Source: Vicugna vicugna (taxonomy: Eukaryota). Taken from it: DNA of 64,000 nt. The notes beneath the pieces are model-generated. The model made no database searches, was not told where the DNA came from, and saw only the letters and a program-made list of their open reading frames with translations. The position numbers were made by a program, and so were the translations under genes. The DNA is taken from contig MU060784.1 in assembly GCA_013265495.1 (NCBI GenBank), forward strand, positions 3,968,001 to 4,032,000. Reading direction: 5' to 3'. Shown in pieces: positions 11,070 through 23,609 of this stretch (the stretch's first letter is position 1; each line of letters starts with the position of its first letter).

Positions 11070-11210
11070 TAACTTCCCATTCAGTGATGTCACTTGGGTA
11101 GACTGAAGTCAGCCTTCCTGGGTGTATTTACACCAGGGAAATTGCAAATGCTACAAAACATGGCTTTTCTCTCTAGAGCTGGTTGTCACATGCTTGCTAG
11201 CAAACCACTA
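11070..11210 (-). mobile_element. Old hAT (Tip100-like) DNA transposon fragment
   Basis: gtatttacaccagggaaattgcaaatgctacaaa...agagctggttgtcacat...agcaaaccact resembles recalled MamTip/Arthur-type termini; family uncertain. Confidence 0.45.
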
Positions 11211-14200
11211 ATGTTACCATCAGACCAATCTCTGAATATTCCCAGCAGGGCAATGGTTCTCTTACCTGTAGGACTATCCTGGTTATTCTCCCTGCAGCTT
11301 TGTTTTAGCTATGAGGATCCTGGCATTTTGTATAATTTCCCACTCAATATTTTAAAGTTTTGTGGGTTTTTTTACCCCCAAGTTGCCTCACTGGGTGATT
11401 ATACTTGAAACTGGCCTCCAGCGGAAACACAGGAATAAACCACTTGATACTGAAATTGCCCTTACAATATGGTTCCAGGGGGAGTAATGCATAGTTGCCA
11501 AGCATTTTAACAGGCTTAAATTAATAATTTTATTTTTCTCTAAAAAAGATGAAATCTGAGGTATGCCACCAGTAGTTGAAATAATCTATTAGCATGTAAA
11601 AGATTTGCATGAAGGACTATGAAAATATAAAAGAAGGATTGTTTCTAGTTGTGTATTTTGTTTTATGGACTTTGGAAAAAAACTGGGGTTTGTTTCCTCC
11701 TTCCTCCATTCCCACCCCCCATTTTAATAAAAGGTCATCATTCAGAGGTTGGTGTTTTGAGAATTTCACTTACAGCTCATTCAACTCTTCACTGGGTCTT
11801 CTGACTTCAGTTGTGTTGCCTTTCTGGTTTGCTTTAGAGAGGAAAATCAAGTTCAGTGTCTACAATGAGAAATGCCACACATCACGTTTGTGTATGGCTG
11901 TGTGATAAACTGGAAAATGATAGTGCACTATTAAAAATCTCCAGATATCAGGAGTGATACCAGGTGCACTTTCCTGGACTCTATAAACAGTGGAGGTGGA
12001 TGTACATGGTGAATGTATACCTGACTTTGGAAGATTCTGCATTCATGCAAATCATATTAGAAGATAATTAAAAAAACCCCATGTATATTACTTTGGTCTT
12101 TTTGGTTTTCAAAGTGAAGAATCTTATTTATTATCTCTAGAATTATTAATATTTTTAGACAATGATGTGAATCCTTGTCCCCTGTCTTTCCCAGCCCTGG
12201 AAGGCATGCCGAGCCTCAGATGTTTCATAAAGGACGATAGCCAGGAGTCTTTAGATGACACAATTTTTAAACATAGTAAATAAAAGTGGCATGAAGTGTC
12301 TTATTACATTTACTTAGTATTTCAAGGAAATATTTTGGGAAAAAGTGTCCAAAATAAGAAAAGAAAGCTGTGTTGGCTATCCCAAGTTAACTGAAGAATG
12401 CTCTGAATCCGCCTTCTTGCTAGCGCCATTCTAAATGAGTTAGTTAGAGGTGGTAAAAGGACTGCTTCTGTGGTCACACACAGCTCCAGGCCATCCCCTT
12501 CAATTACAAGGTGTTTTATAATCCTCCTGGCTATTCACACAGCAAAATGCAAGGCCTCTGTGGAGTCCCATGTACTTGGGTTTGATTTTCATGGCCCTGC
12601 TTTCCTCCCCACACATCACACACCTTCTACATAGATACCCAGCGCTGGGCAGTGACAGCGGTGTGAGAGGAGGCATCCTCGCAGAGCAGTTGCCAGCCTC
12701 CCAGCAGCTAGTGGTGTAGAAGAAATGGAATAGCAATGAGGCAGCTCTGGTTCTTTTAAGTGGTGCCTGAGTCAGGCCTCTATGCCGTGTAGGTAAATTC
12801 AGTCCAGAACATGCAGAATCTTTATTGGAATTTGTACATGCATCTCTCACAGCTGTGGAGAGTTTAGACTAATCACAAGTCTCACCGGGATACGATCATC
12901 TTTGTAATTTGAAAAAGGATCAGGAGCCTGCAGGCTTGGAACATCTTGAGAAAACTCTGGCCCTGAAATACATCATCACACGTGGGAGACACCACTTGCG
13001 GCATCATCGCAGAGAGCTTAAGAATGCTGAAATCAAGTATTTCTCTGGCGTGATTTCAAATGGCCTGAGAAATCCGAGAACTGTTTTTTTTTTTTAGCTG
13101 CAAAACAGATTCTTTCGTCTTCCATCAACCCTCTTGCTGTCAATGTGTCCAATATTAGGTGCCAGAAATGAGCATAGCCTTTTAATGATAACAATGCCAA
13201 GGTGAACACAGCTGCTGGGGGCTCTCTCAAGAATCTCTGTTAGTGTGTATTTTGATCCGCAGACACGTTCTGAAGGCATGCACCTCCTTAGTCTTTCTAG
13301 TCTCAGTACATTTCTCTTCAGCAGACTGGACAAAACCTGTCACTTTTTGTCAGATCTTCTCATGCTCTCGGGCCCCTTGGACGCTATTTTTCATGGACGC
13401 CCATGTGTCCAGATGGTAGGACGAGGCTCAAAGTTGGTATTTGGGAAGCAGCCTCTGACAGCACAGAAGCCTAGTGAACTCCAGTCATTTGTTCAAAAGG
13501 CCAGGACTCGCAGATGTGCTCTGAGAGGGTAGCACAATTTTTTACCCCACCCAAATGGATATTTTATCACCATCCACATAGCAACCAACGAACAGATCAG
13601 CCTGAGGAGGCAAGTGCTAATGTAGGTAATGGCTCAAACCCATCAACCCTCCAAGGAACCAGTAGTCCAGCCTTTGTTTGAGGCTTTGACAGTTAAAAAA
13701 AATATTTGTTTCTCTTCTACAGTCTGTGAGTCCAGCTGCCTCTTCCCTCCTCCTTGTTTCATACCTCCCCCGCTTTTTTTTTTTTAATGGTTTTCAGCCT
13801 TCGGACAGTTAAACCTGATCCGAGAAAAAGAAAAAAGGATCAGTTGGGACCTATGTGGGAGGGGGAATTTCAGCTAGGCATTATCATGAAAGTGAAGTGG
13901 GAAGCAAGCTGACGAGGCCACCAGAAGTGTCTCACAGGCCTGAGCTTAGGTTCAGTGCCTCGTGGTCTTCCGTGTCCCCAACTGGCCACAGCGCCTCCCA
14001 CTTAGGGAGGGACCCAGGGTTTTAAGCCAACCAGTTTGCTCTATTTCCTCAGTCACTTTTCCACATGTCAGCTAACCGTTTATAGCTTTTAAAAAGATGC
14101 CTGCAGGATTCTAAAAATCCCAAAACTCTCTACCCATATGAAAAGCTCATGGAAGCCCCTTAGGATAAAGCCAACAGAGCTATCTCCCTTACAATGAACT

Positions 14201-15149
14201 GCCCAAGGACTGTTTGGGGGCTGGAAAGCACTTTTGTGATTGTGTATAATACACCTTCATTTCACAGATGGAGTGAGCAATCAAAGCCAGAGAAGTGAAA
14301 CAATTTGGAAATTCTTTGATTATTAAGAGATTTTCATTGCAACTGTTACATTGTCTTATTTCGTTATCATGCTGTTTATTCTGGATAAAACAATTTCTAG
14401 TGTGTAAGATTAATGATGTAAATTTAATATCAGATTGCCACATTTTGGAATCCTTTCACGCCTGGATTGACAAATCAATTAAAGCTGTCTTATCCCCGCA
14501 AGTTCCTTATCTCTGATTGTATCATTCTGAGGTACCCACTGCTCTGTAGTTTTAGTGATTATGTTTAAACTTCGTATTTGGGGGCTAGGGAATCCCCATT
14601 GTATGTTAACAGTAAAGCTGATTCTACGACCTGTGAGTTGGAAACTGGTAGAGATGGAAAATTCTTCCTTTCCCTGATTCTTACTAACATGGCTGAAGAA
14701 TGGTCTGTTCAAGCCACAGAAATGCTTGGCTGCAGAAGAGTCTCCTTGAGTGTGCAGGGAGGTCTCAGGTCCAGGAGAGTCTGAGGGGGCCACAGAGGAG
14801 GACCGGGGGGCCAAGGCAGACCTTGAGTGTGCCTCTGCGCCCCCGGTGCTGGCATGTGCCTGGCCTTTGAATGAAGAGACAGATTCCTTCCTTAGAAGGA
14901 GGAGCGTGTATTCTGGCTTTTTGTTGTTTTTCTTCTGAAACAGACATCACCTCAGATTGCATGCTGCCAGGCTCTACAAGATACTTCTTATTTATTGGCA
15001 GAACGTCTCTGATTGCTCTGTCAGTTCTTGTTTGCCCTGCTTACTGAAATATCCTGCCTGCAGGATGAACCCCACCATTCCCTGAGCCAACCCAGGACTC
15101 ACTCTTCTCCATCATGGTTAAATCTGGAATTGGTCTGGGACAGCCTAAG

Positions 15150-17950
15150 TCTGAGCAAAATGCCACTTTAATGCTGCCTCTTGAACCCCTGTGTGATGGA
15201 CTTCTGGTCTACTTTTAGACTGAACTCCGGTTATTTTTAATAGAAGCAATTAAGTCTTTGCAAAATTAGACTGTCTTTACTTTTACCAGTTGTGGGTCAA
15301 AAGAAGCAGGAGCATTGGGCATCCTGTTACTACCTCAAAAGTTTGAGAGTTTGAGTTCCAAAAGGTGTGCATCTGAGATTTAGAAGCACCAATGGCAATG
15401 TTTTAGGCAAGGTATTTGAAGGGTCTCTGTACATTTTGCCAACTGAATCTTAATAATGCCATTAGTGAATTTGCAAAACCAGAGGATCGAGGGTGGTAAG
15501 CTTAATTAAAGTGTTATAAAGGCAGAAGACAGTGCAGACTCGGTGAAGTATCTGATCAGTAAAATGGGTTCCTCAATCACTATAAAGGTTTACAGGCAGG
15601 GACAATCTTTTCCAAAAGAACCTTAGCCACAGGAGATGCAGTAGTCTGAAGGGGAAGGCTTCAGTCCAGTATGAAAACATGCAGACCAAGACTAAAACAT
15701 ATTTATATCCAGACAGAGGGAGTTATATGAAATTCATTTGCTAGACCTCAGATGGTCCGTCAGGCTGTTTAAAATGTGTGGGAGCAATGTGAACAGCTTC
15801 CCTGGATTGTACTTGAGACAAGTGGGACAAGTAAAGTAGGCACTTGTGTGGCCTCGCTAGTATTTCCCCACCAATTTTGGTTCAAGAAGGCTATCGTTTT
15901 GTCAGTTGACCAATGATTTAATGCAGGTACAGAGGTGGAGGAGTCTCCAGTAGGACTGGGTTATTACTTGGTCTAAACTAGAGCTTTCTCTCTTTTATCA
16001 AACCAACAGTTGTTGAATTTCCAGTCTTAGTTTTTTTTTTTTTTCTTTTTTCCCCCTGAGGCCAAAGTTGGGCTTCTCTAAGCCAGTTTCTCTAAATTAT
16101 CATTTGGGGAAATAACCCTTTGGACCACGAAAAGTCTGGCTGTTGTTGGTCCCTCTAAAGGCAGCATTCCTTGAGGAAATGTTAGCAAGGCAATTTCCTT
16201 TAAATTCTAGACAGTCAAGTTTAGAATGCCTTGGAATCTTAGTAGCAGGTAAAGTGGCAGGGAAAGGCATTGCATTCAATCATTCCTGAACATAGGCACC
16301 ATTTAAAATTTTATTTCCAGTGGAATTAAGAAAGTTACATTGCTTCCACAACATTCCCAAATCATGAGCTACTCCAAAAGCATATCTACCATCAGTGTAA
16401 ATATTGGCAGTTTTGTCCTTGGCTAAGGTACAGGCTTGTGTAAAAGCAAATGATTCAACCTGTTGGGCTGGAGTAGCCATAGGTGAAGATGTTGCCCCAA
16501 CAACCTCAAAAGGAGTTGCAGTAGCACACCCAGCACAGTATTTGCTGTTTTCACCTTTTAAATAAGGGACATCAGTGAACCATTAGAAGTCAGCATTATC
16601 CAAAGAGTTTCTTGTAGATATCATGGGGAGTCAGGAAGTGGTCCATCAGTACTAAGCAGTCATGAGGAGGTGAGGCAACTGTATGAGAAATACTGAGTGT
16701 GATGAGAATTCAGGAGGACTTCTGCGTGAGGCACACAAATGGTTAAAGGGGATCCCACAATGATTTTCTCAGCGGCCTTAACCAGAGGGGCAGTGGCAGT
16801 AATGGCTGTAAGGCAAGGGGAGTAGCCACATGTCACAGGGTCCAGTCACTGGCTGTAATACCCTATGGGTCGATGGTTGTCCCCGTGTTTTTAGTTGAGT
16901 ACCCCAAAGGCATTTCCTTCTTTTTCATATACAACAGGGGAAAAGGGGATTTGATAACTGGGATGCTCAAGGGCAGATAGTTTCATCAGAATCTCCTTTA
17001 AGGCACTGTAGACTATGTCTCTGGTTCTTCCCATAAAATTCGGCCAGGGTTGTTATTTTTGACTAAAACATATGGAGGTTTGGCCCCAAAAGAGAGATCT
17101 AATTTCAGTAATAACTAACTAGCCCAAAGAAACCTTGAAGTTGGCCCTTAGTTTTTGTTTTGGGAAACTTAGGACCCCACAGCATCTATCTGGATCTAGA
17201 TGTAGCCTTTGTTTTGATATAAGACCCTATAAATATTGAACCCGGGTTTGGGCAACCTGCAGTTTTTCCTTGGTGACCTTTATGTCCCTTTAAGGTGAAA
17301 AGCTTTAGCAACTAGATGCTGTCTCTCTGTTCGGAGGCCTGAGAAGGAGAGCAAAGAAGCAAATCATCTACCTATTGCAATGAGGTAGAACCTCTAGGGA
17401 GCTTTATATCATTCAGGTTAGCCTTCAGGATTTGCAAGAAATAAGAAAACCTTGAGGCATTACTGTCAAGGTGAAGTGTTTTTCTTCCAAAGTGAAGGCG
17501 GAAAGTATTGGCCAGCGTCATCAACTGGAATACTAAAGAATGGACTGTATAAATCAGTTATCGTAAAGAATTTGCCTCTGGTGGGAATGGATGTCAGTCA
17601 TGTACGAGGGTTAGGAACAATAGGATGTCGAGGGATAACAATGTTGTTTATTGCTTGGAGGTCCTGGACAAACCTCCACCCGTAGCTCTTAGGTTTCTCA
17701 CCAGTAAAATGGGAATATTGTGGAGACTAGTACAAGGGATAATGAGGCCTTGAGCTTTGTAATCGTCTATTATGGGTTTTATGCCTTGAAGGTCTTTTTT
17801 ACTTACAGAGTATTGGCTAATTCTGGGGAGAGATTTTGAGGGGTCTGTTTGAATCTTGATGGGAGGTGCACTGTGAATTTCGCAAATGTCAGCTGGAGAT
17901 TTTGCCCATAAGGAAAGTGGTAGCTGATTCAGTAGGGACAGATGAGCAAT
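15150..17950 (-). pseudogene. ERV pol remnant (RT, RNase H, integrase)
   Basis: RT: WRFVQDLQAINNIVIPRHP, TVMPQG, LQ*VDDLLLC (YVDD with TAG, 17363-17374). Connection: HGDNHRPIGYYSQ*LDPV. RNase H: NIYTDGRYAFGVAHDLGMLWKQ (16280-16480). IN: TCPTCLKYNPGK, EV*QMNFI*LP, YKYVLVLVCMFSYWTEAFP. Confidence 0.9.
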
Positions 17951-17999
17951 GTTTCCTGAATCAGCTCTAACAACATCAGAGATTGAAGAGATTAAAGAT

Positions 18000-18370
18000 G
18001 TTAAAGGGGCATTTAGTTCATCTGGTTGGTTACTTTGATGATTACTGGAATATTCTAGAATAATTTCTCCCTTTTGGGAGAAAGAAATTCCAGTATGACA
18101 CTTCCCTAAGAAGTCTTGGCCTAATAAATGAGTAGGGGCAGAGAAGCTAAGGAGAAAAGGGTGTGTGTATCTTAAAGGGCTTAATCAAAGGGGACTAGTT
18201 TGAGACAGGAGCCTCTTGAGGGTCATTAGAGATCCCCACTGGTGAACTGTTTTATTACTCCAAGGCAGGGTCTACTTTATAGTATGAGGTTGAGCACTGA
18301 GAGTGTGGCTCTAGTGTCAGTTACAATTGGAAGAGATTCGTTCTCAATCTGGAGAAATGTTTCTCAAAGC
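18000..18370 (-). pseudogene. ERV protease remnant
   Basis: PIVTDTRATL, with the active-site DTGA degenerate to DTRA at 18307-18318. Confidence 0.75.
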
Positions 18371-18449
18371 TGATTAAGAGGGAGAACTGGGAAGAGCTCA
18401 TGCAGTTCCTAAGAGGTCTGTTTTTGAGAATTGGAAGGTTGTTGGAAAG

Positions 18450-20053
18450 GCTAGTAAGGGGGCTGAAGCTGCCTAAAGTGCTTAAATATGTAAAAATCTC
18501 TTTTCCAATACCCTGGATCTTTGCAGTAACAGCAGAAACTAGGAGGCCGTTGGTTTCATTTAGGAGCCTTCATTTGTTGGAGTAGAAGATTAAGAATTTT
18601 TGTGGTCTTCCTTTGAGGTGATTTATCTAGAATGTGAGGGAGCTGGCTTGCCAGATTAAATATGGAGTAGAGATAGTTTCCCATTCCTTCCTGGTCCTTT
18701 TTACTAGAAGGGAAAGGTCCTAGTTCAGCCCACTAATAAACATAGAGTGAAAGCTACCTTGGTGGCCTGAACATCTGAAGAAAGATCAGAATTTTCCTTA
18801 AAAATAATCTGAAGTTGATTGTAACACTTATGAACAGGTTCATCAGATTTTTGTGGGCAAGCCTGAATTTTATTCTGATCAATAGGCTTTGGGAAAGCCC
18901 TAGGAATTGCTTGATGAAGTTGCCTAGCAGTTGCCCAAGCCGGACCACAGAATAAGCAGGCTGGTCTCCCAGTTCTAACTCTAGAGACTTTCCAGGATTT
19001 TTCCAGTTAGCAGTTTCCATCCCATGGTGAGCCTGGCCTTTACCGCCAAGCGTATGTACTAGGTGACATAAGGCAGAGAAACCAGGTTGGTAAGTTTGAG
19101 TGACTATATTAAATTTCTCAGCAAATCTGTGAGGATTTTTGGTTACTTTGGGAAAATCTTCGACTATGGGTTGCATTTTAGTTTTAGTCTACAGAGTAGA
19201 AGAAACTAAAGGTTTAGCCCCTTGATCCTGAGAAGGCTAAAATTTTAAAGGGACAGGTTCTGACAAGTTCAGAGGAAAAGAGAGTGGGGAGAATTTCAGA
19301 GAAAAGGGGGAGTTTGGTGAGAGAATTGGTATGGGGGGATTGAAGGTAAAGAGGACGTGTAGAAAGGAAAGAGGAAGATGGTGCTGGAGGCAGAGCCTGA
19401 GGCAAAGAAGCTGAGGAAGAAGAGCTTAAGGCTTTGGGCACTGCTTTCTTCCTTTCTTTCTTTTTAAACTTTCTTTCTTAATTTTTTAAAATTGAAGTAT
19501 AGTTGATTTACAATGTTGTGTTAGTTTCTGGTGTACAGCACAGTGATTCAGTTACACATACGTGTATATTCTTTTTCATATTCTTTTTCATTATAGGTTA
19601 TTACAAGATACTGTAGTTCTCTGTGCTGTACAGTAGGACCTTGTTGTTTATCTGTTTTATATACAGTAGTTTGTATAAGCTAATCCCAAACTATTTTTCT
19701 TAAATCGATTGCTTGCCTCAGTTAATCTTAAAATTTTATTTCGTAGAGAGGCAATTTTATACCCCTCATAACACTGGGAAGTCTCAAAATACCAATTGAA
19801 ATAAGCATTCCACTCGGTTCTGGAAATTTTTGACCTATTGCAGTCCCATTTGGCTTTAAGGAAATTAAGTTTGAGGATTGCAAAAAGTTCCCCACAGTGG
19901 CCACTGATACTCTAGATTGCCTTTGGTCAGGTTGGTCCTTTTATAGTTAGAGATGTGCATGAGGAAGGACCATAGTTCTTACATGTAAATTTGGCTGGAG
20001 TCATTGTGTGTGTGGGAGGCACTTTCAAAATATTTGGATAACTGGGATCCCAC
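18450..20053 (-). pseudogene. ERV gag remnant
   Basis: Start (GTG)GSQLSK at 20053; matrix QWPLWGTF (19883-19906); capsid EDFPKVTKNPHRFAEKFNIVTQTYQPG (ORF 18754-19176); degenerate zinc knuckle CCYCKDPGYWKRDF (18493-18534). Confidence 0.85.
19482..19695 (-). mobile_element. Cetartiodactyl-type L1 3' end nested in ERV gag
   Basis: aattgaagtatagttgatttacaatgttgtgttagtttctggtgtacagc...ctaatcccaaac, with probable TSD tttcttaa (19474-19481 / 19696-19703). Confidence 0.8.
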
Positions 20054-20571
20054 TTCTCAGAGGTTTTTCTCTAGAGTAAAAGAACAGTTTTTGAACAGTT
20101 CAAACATTTTGCAAGCCTGAATACTAACCGATTCAAAGGAAACAGCTTGGTCCTGGAGGAGCCAGGCTGAAGGCTTTTCCAGCCAGTTTCCAGAAGACAG
20201 TCCCCTCCTAAGGAATAGGATGGAGGCTGACCAGCTAGTTTCATGTGAAGCAGCTTCCTCCGGAAGGATGAGCCAAAGGCATTTTCAGCCAGCTTTGGTT
20301 GAAATAGTTTGACTTCAAGATCAGATCAGAGTGCTAAATGAGTACTCATATACAAAATAAGGTCTTAACCAGAAAGATGAAACCTTAAAATAAATCCCAG
20401 GTAAAACCTGGAAATCTTTGAATGCAAAGATGGAGTGAGCTTGGATTGAGGAGAAAGGCATACCTTCAAACTTCAGGATTGGTGAGAAAAGTAGTGGGTG
20501 ACAGTGGGCTCAATTGTGGCTCTTGCACCTGTTTGCTCACCAGACCCAGAGTTGTCAGGGGTCTTCTCTGG

Positions 20572-20589
20572 TCCCCGTATGGGCCACTA
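20572..20589 (-). other. Primer-binding site complementary to tRNA-Ile(AAT)
   Basis: Minus strand TAGTGGCCCATACGGGGA versus the expected TGGTGGCCCGTACGGGGA (16/18), 3 nt from the LTR terminal CA. Confidence 0.8.
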
Positions 20590-20592
20590 AAA

Positions 20593-20912
20593 TGTTAACC
20601 TGAAATAAGTAGACTGCCACTGCCAGATCTTTCTCCAGCAAAGGTAGGTTTATTCAGGATCAGCAAAAAACTGCAATGCAGGGACTGCAACCATGGTGAA
20701 CCACGTGCAAGTCCCTGTGTGGGGAGGGAAGAACTCTTTTATGTAGGGGAAAGGAAGTTGGGAGGGCTAGAGTAAACAAAGAGTCCATGGATTTTGACTG
20801 AGTTCTTGCCAGAAAAGAAGAGTCGTTCTTGTTCCTCTTGGGCTCTGCTATGGTCGCCCCTTCTGGTCTTTCAACTCTATTTAATAGAAGTTTTTGTTTA
20901 CTAATTTTTTTA
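20593..20912 (-). mobile_element. 5' LTR of the ERV
   Basis: Plus strand starts TGttaacc next to the PBS and is homologous to the solo LTR at 27185-27600. The right boundary is approximate and abuts MIR sequence. Confidence 0.8.
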
Positions 20913-22124
20913 ATAGTGCACAGTGAATAAAAAGTGCTTAATAAAGGTTAGATATTATTATTACTATTATTAGTCAGAAAGACCTTGTTTGAATCCTGGC
21001 TCTTGGAGACTAGGGGGTCTCTTAAACTCTCCATTTCTAAAATGATAAACAGAAAAGGTTAATGATATTTGCCTTGAGGAGATGTTAGACGTTATTGAAA
21101 ACTGCGGAGATGATGTTTTTAAAATGGTACTAGCCCCTTTAATATCCAGCAACAGTCTTGGAGCAGATTTTTTGTTATAATAGGAAAAATCACTTGAGTG
21201 CATCCCTTAGTTGTAAAAATGTAAGGCCAGTAGGTACCTCTTGTCCCTGAAGTAATATTCTCAAGGGGTTTTTGTTTAGGGTCTGACAAAGGTAGCCCCT
21301 TCACCGTAGCCCTTGGTATATAGAGCTGGTCTTGAATAGGAGTTGGTAGTTTTTCTAGGAGGCCAAGTAACCCCCTGGAAGGAAAGGCATAAAGTCCTTG
21401 GCTCTTCTCTTTTGAGGGTTAATGAGACACTGAGATACTGGGTGAAATTTGTTGGAAAGAAAGAACACCAAGGGTTCTTGAATGAAATTCACCATAGGCA
21501 TGTCTAGTCTGGACTCAAGGTCTGGGTCAGGGTTTCATGGGACCCTGGGACTGTGGAAAGGGGTAGTTCCAGAGCAATTGCATGAAGCTGGACCTTTCTA
21601 CACCCAGCCAGCTGGCCATAGTTTCACGCTTAGGGATGATGACTGAGTAGATGCATTTGACTTGAAAGGGTGGGTGGAGGTGTGACTGTGGCTTATGAGA
21701 AGCAAAGACTGCTTCATGGCAGGGATAATCAACCCCTGAACTGGGTGGGACCAGTGTCTTGTATGCCCATGAGTAGCCACCAAAGCAGTGGTACTGGTGA
21801 GCTAGTGGAACTTTCTAGTGACTTCTCTCACCTGGCATTTGGAAGCACGATTGACTGTTTAGAACTGAGAAAGGCCCGAGGATGTTGTACTGAATAGGGA
21901 TGAAAGAATGGGAGAGGCCTCAAGGAAGGAATTCCAGACTTTCTGCCGGTATGACCTTTGGGCCTCAAGCAATTTACTGGAAGAATGGAATGAATGAAAC
22001 AGTATTTGTATTCTAAGCTTGTGAAGCATATATCCTTTACTATATAATTAATGATAATTATTTGATCATTAATGCTTAATGATAGCTCTAATCATAGCTA
22101 TCATTTATTGGGCACTTACTATGT

Positions 22125-22510
22125 TCTGGCATGGAGACTGATCTTTGTTCACCAAAATCTGTCCCCTCCTCCTTCCTGGACATGACTAAACTAGCTTTCC
22201 CAACATCCTTCGAGTTAGAGGTGGTCCTGTGCCTAAATTCAGAGAAGAAACATTGTGTAGTACTTCTGGCCTTAGGCCTCAGGACAGCAGAGGGTTTTCC
22301 TCCAGCGCTCTCTTTTCCTGTGGCTGGTTGGAACCCACAGTAGGTCAGCTTTGATCAGGCAGGTGTTAGCACTGTCCTAGAGGACGACAGAGCAACATAA
22401 AGTAAAGTGCCTGGATCGCAAATGACTGTGTGGAGTAGGACTTCCCTGCTACCCTAGAATGTTAGCCCTGGAACTGTCATGTGAGGAAAAATAAGCTGCT
22501 TTGTTATCTG
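22125..22510. mobile_element. MaLR LTR (MLT1I/J-like)
   Basis: tttcccaacatccttcgagttagaggtgg...atgtgaggaaaaataagc are typical MLT1 text. Confidence 0.6.
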
Positions 22511-22513
22511 AAC

Positions 22514-22815
22514 GTGCATTTCTCATACTTTAATGGGCACAAGAATCACCTGGAAGTCTTGTTAAAAGGCAGATCCTGGTTCAGTGGGCCTTGAGTGCGG
22601 GCTTGTGTGGGACTTGAGATTCCGCATTTCTAACAAATTCCTAAGTGATGTTAATAATGTTGGTTCAAAAAATGTACTTTAAGTCCCTCCCCAAGGAATT
22701 CTGATTTAATTAGTTGCAGTGGGGTTCTGGAACAATTAAAAAAAAAAAAGAAGAGCCCAAACAAAAACCCCCATCTGGGTGATTCCAATCTACAGATAGG
22801 ATTGAGAACAACTGC
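22514..22815. mobile_element. MER5-family (hAT-Charlie) fragments
   Basis: gaatcacctggaagtcttgttaaaaggcagatcctgg...gcatttctaacaaattcc...; ggtgattccaat...gattgagaacaactg. Confidence 0.7.
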
Positions 22816-23609
22816 ATGGGAGGAACATTTTCTGAGGATGCAGGAATCCTTTCCTGTTGCCCTTCAGCAAAGAGACAGTTCCTTGTAGCTCTTCTAAACA
22901 GCCTTGTCATCCTACCTTATTATTTATTAACCACTTATGGATAATGCTTCTGGTTGCTTGTCTGCACTGCTGGAAGTACTCATCTTTCTAAACTTCATTT
23001 CAGCCAGAAACTTTTTTTTTTTTCTGACATCTTCTCATTTGACATCTTGTTTTGGATGCTGAGCTTTGTCTTTGAACAAAATAAGTCAAGATGATGATGT
23101 AGAGAGAAGCTGATTGTTGGCTCTTCCCAAAATCAGCCTTTAGGGACCACAGATCAAACATTTGATCTTCAACACGGCAGCAGCGGTCTGACTTGAGGTT
23201 TCGGCCCTAGGACAGACAGACGCTTGCCATTACTGAGATGGATGATGTAATAATTAAACTGCTATTTTGTGCAATCAGTTTCACTTGAAGTTTCCAAAGC
23301 CTTAAGAACAGCTGGTGGCAATTTGTAGTTAACACAACATTATTTTGCATTTATTAAGTGTTGATAATGCAATAGGTGTTGTACAGAATACAATCCCTGT
23401 TCAGAGGTCAAGAGAGGGCAAGCATCTCCCAAAAGAAAGAATATGAAGCTGATAATAGTTAAGGATTTTTCCTAAAAACCCCATCTATCAAGGTTAGTTA
23501 AAATTTTATAATTTTGGAAAAAGCTGACATTTGAATAAATTTTCTGCAGTTTATAAAATGTTTTTACGTAGATTATCTCATTTAGTCTTTAGCCTTGTTG
23601 CCTTGTGAT

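Larger units (their letters stand above)
15150..20912 (-). mobile_element. Decayed class I (gamma-like, ERV1) endogenous retrovirus: 5' LTR-PBS-gag-pro-pol; env and 3' LTR not found
   Basis: Ordered minus-strand motifs from right to left: LTR, PBS, MA, CA, NC, PR, RT, RNase H, IN. Many stops and frameshifts. Confidence 0.92.

Noticed and set aside
12039-12052. Octamer ATGCAAAT within the inverted repeat TGCAT-TC-ATGCA
   Set aside because: A single 8-mer is expected by chance in AT-rich 64 kb, and there is no supporting context.
13790-13845. snRNA/Y-RNA-like fragment (ccttcggac tetraloop; gatcc...ggatc) between T- and A-runs
   Set aside because: There is no convincing match to recalled U1/U2/U5/U6/U7/7SK/Y/7SL sequences, and the stems are too short.
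15150-20589. APOBEC3-type G-to-A hypermutation of the ERV (TGG to TAG in the PBS, in RT at 17099-17101 and in IN; GGA to AGA in PR)
   Set aside because: Most motif Trp codons are intact (WRFVQD, YWTE, MLWKQ, QWPLW, NWKNP, GYWKR), and other transitions are common. This fits ordinary neutral decay. A formal Hypermut test against a family consensus would be needed.
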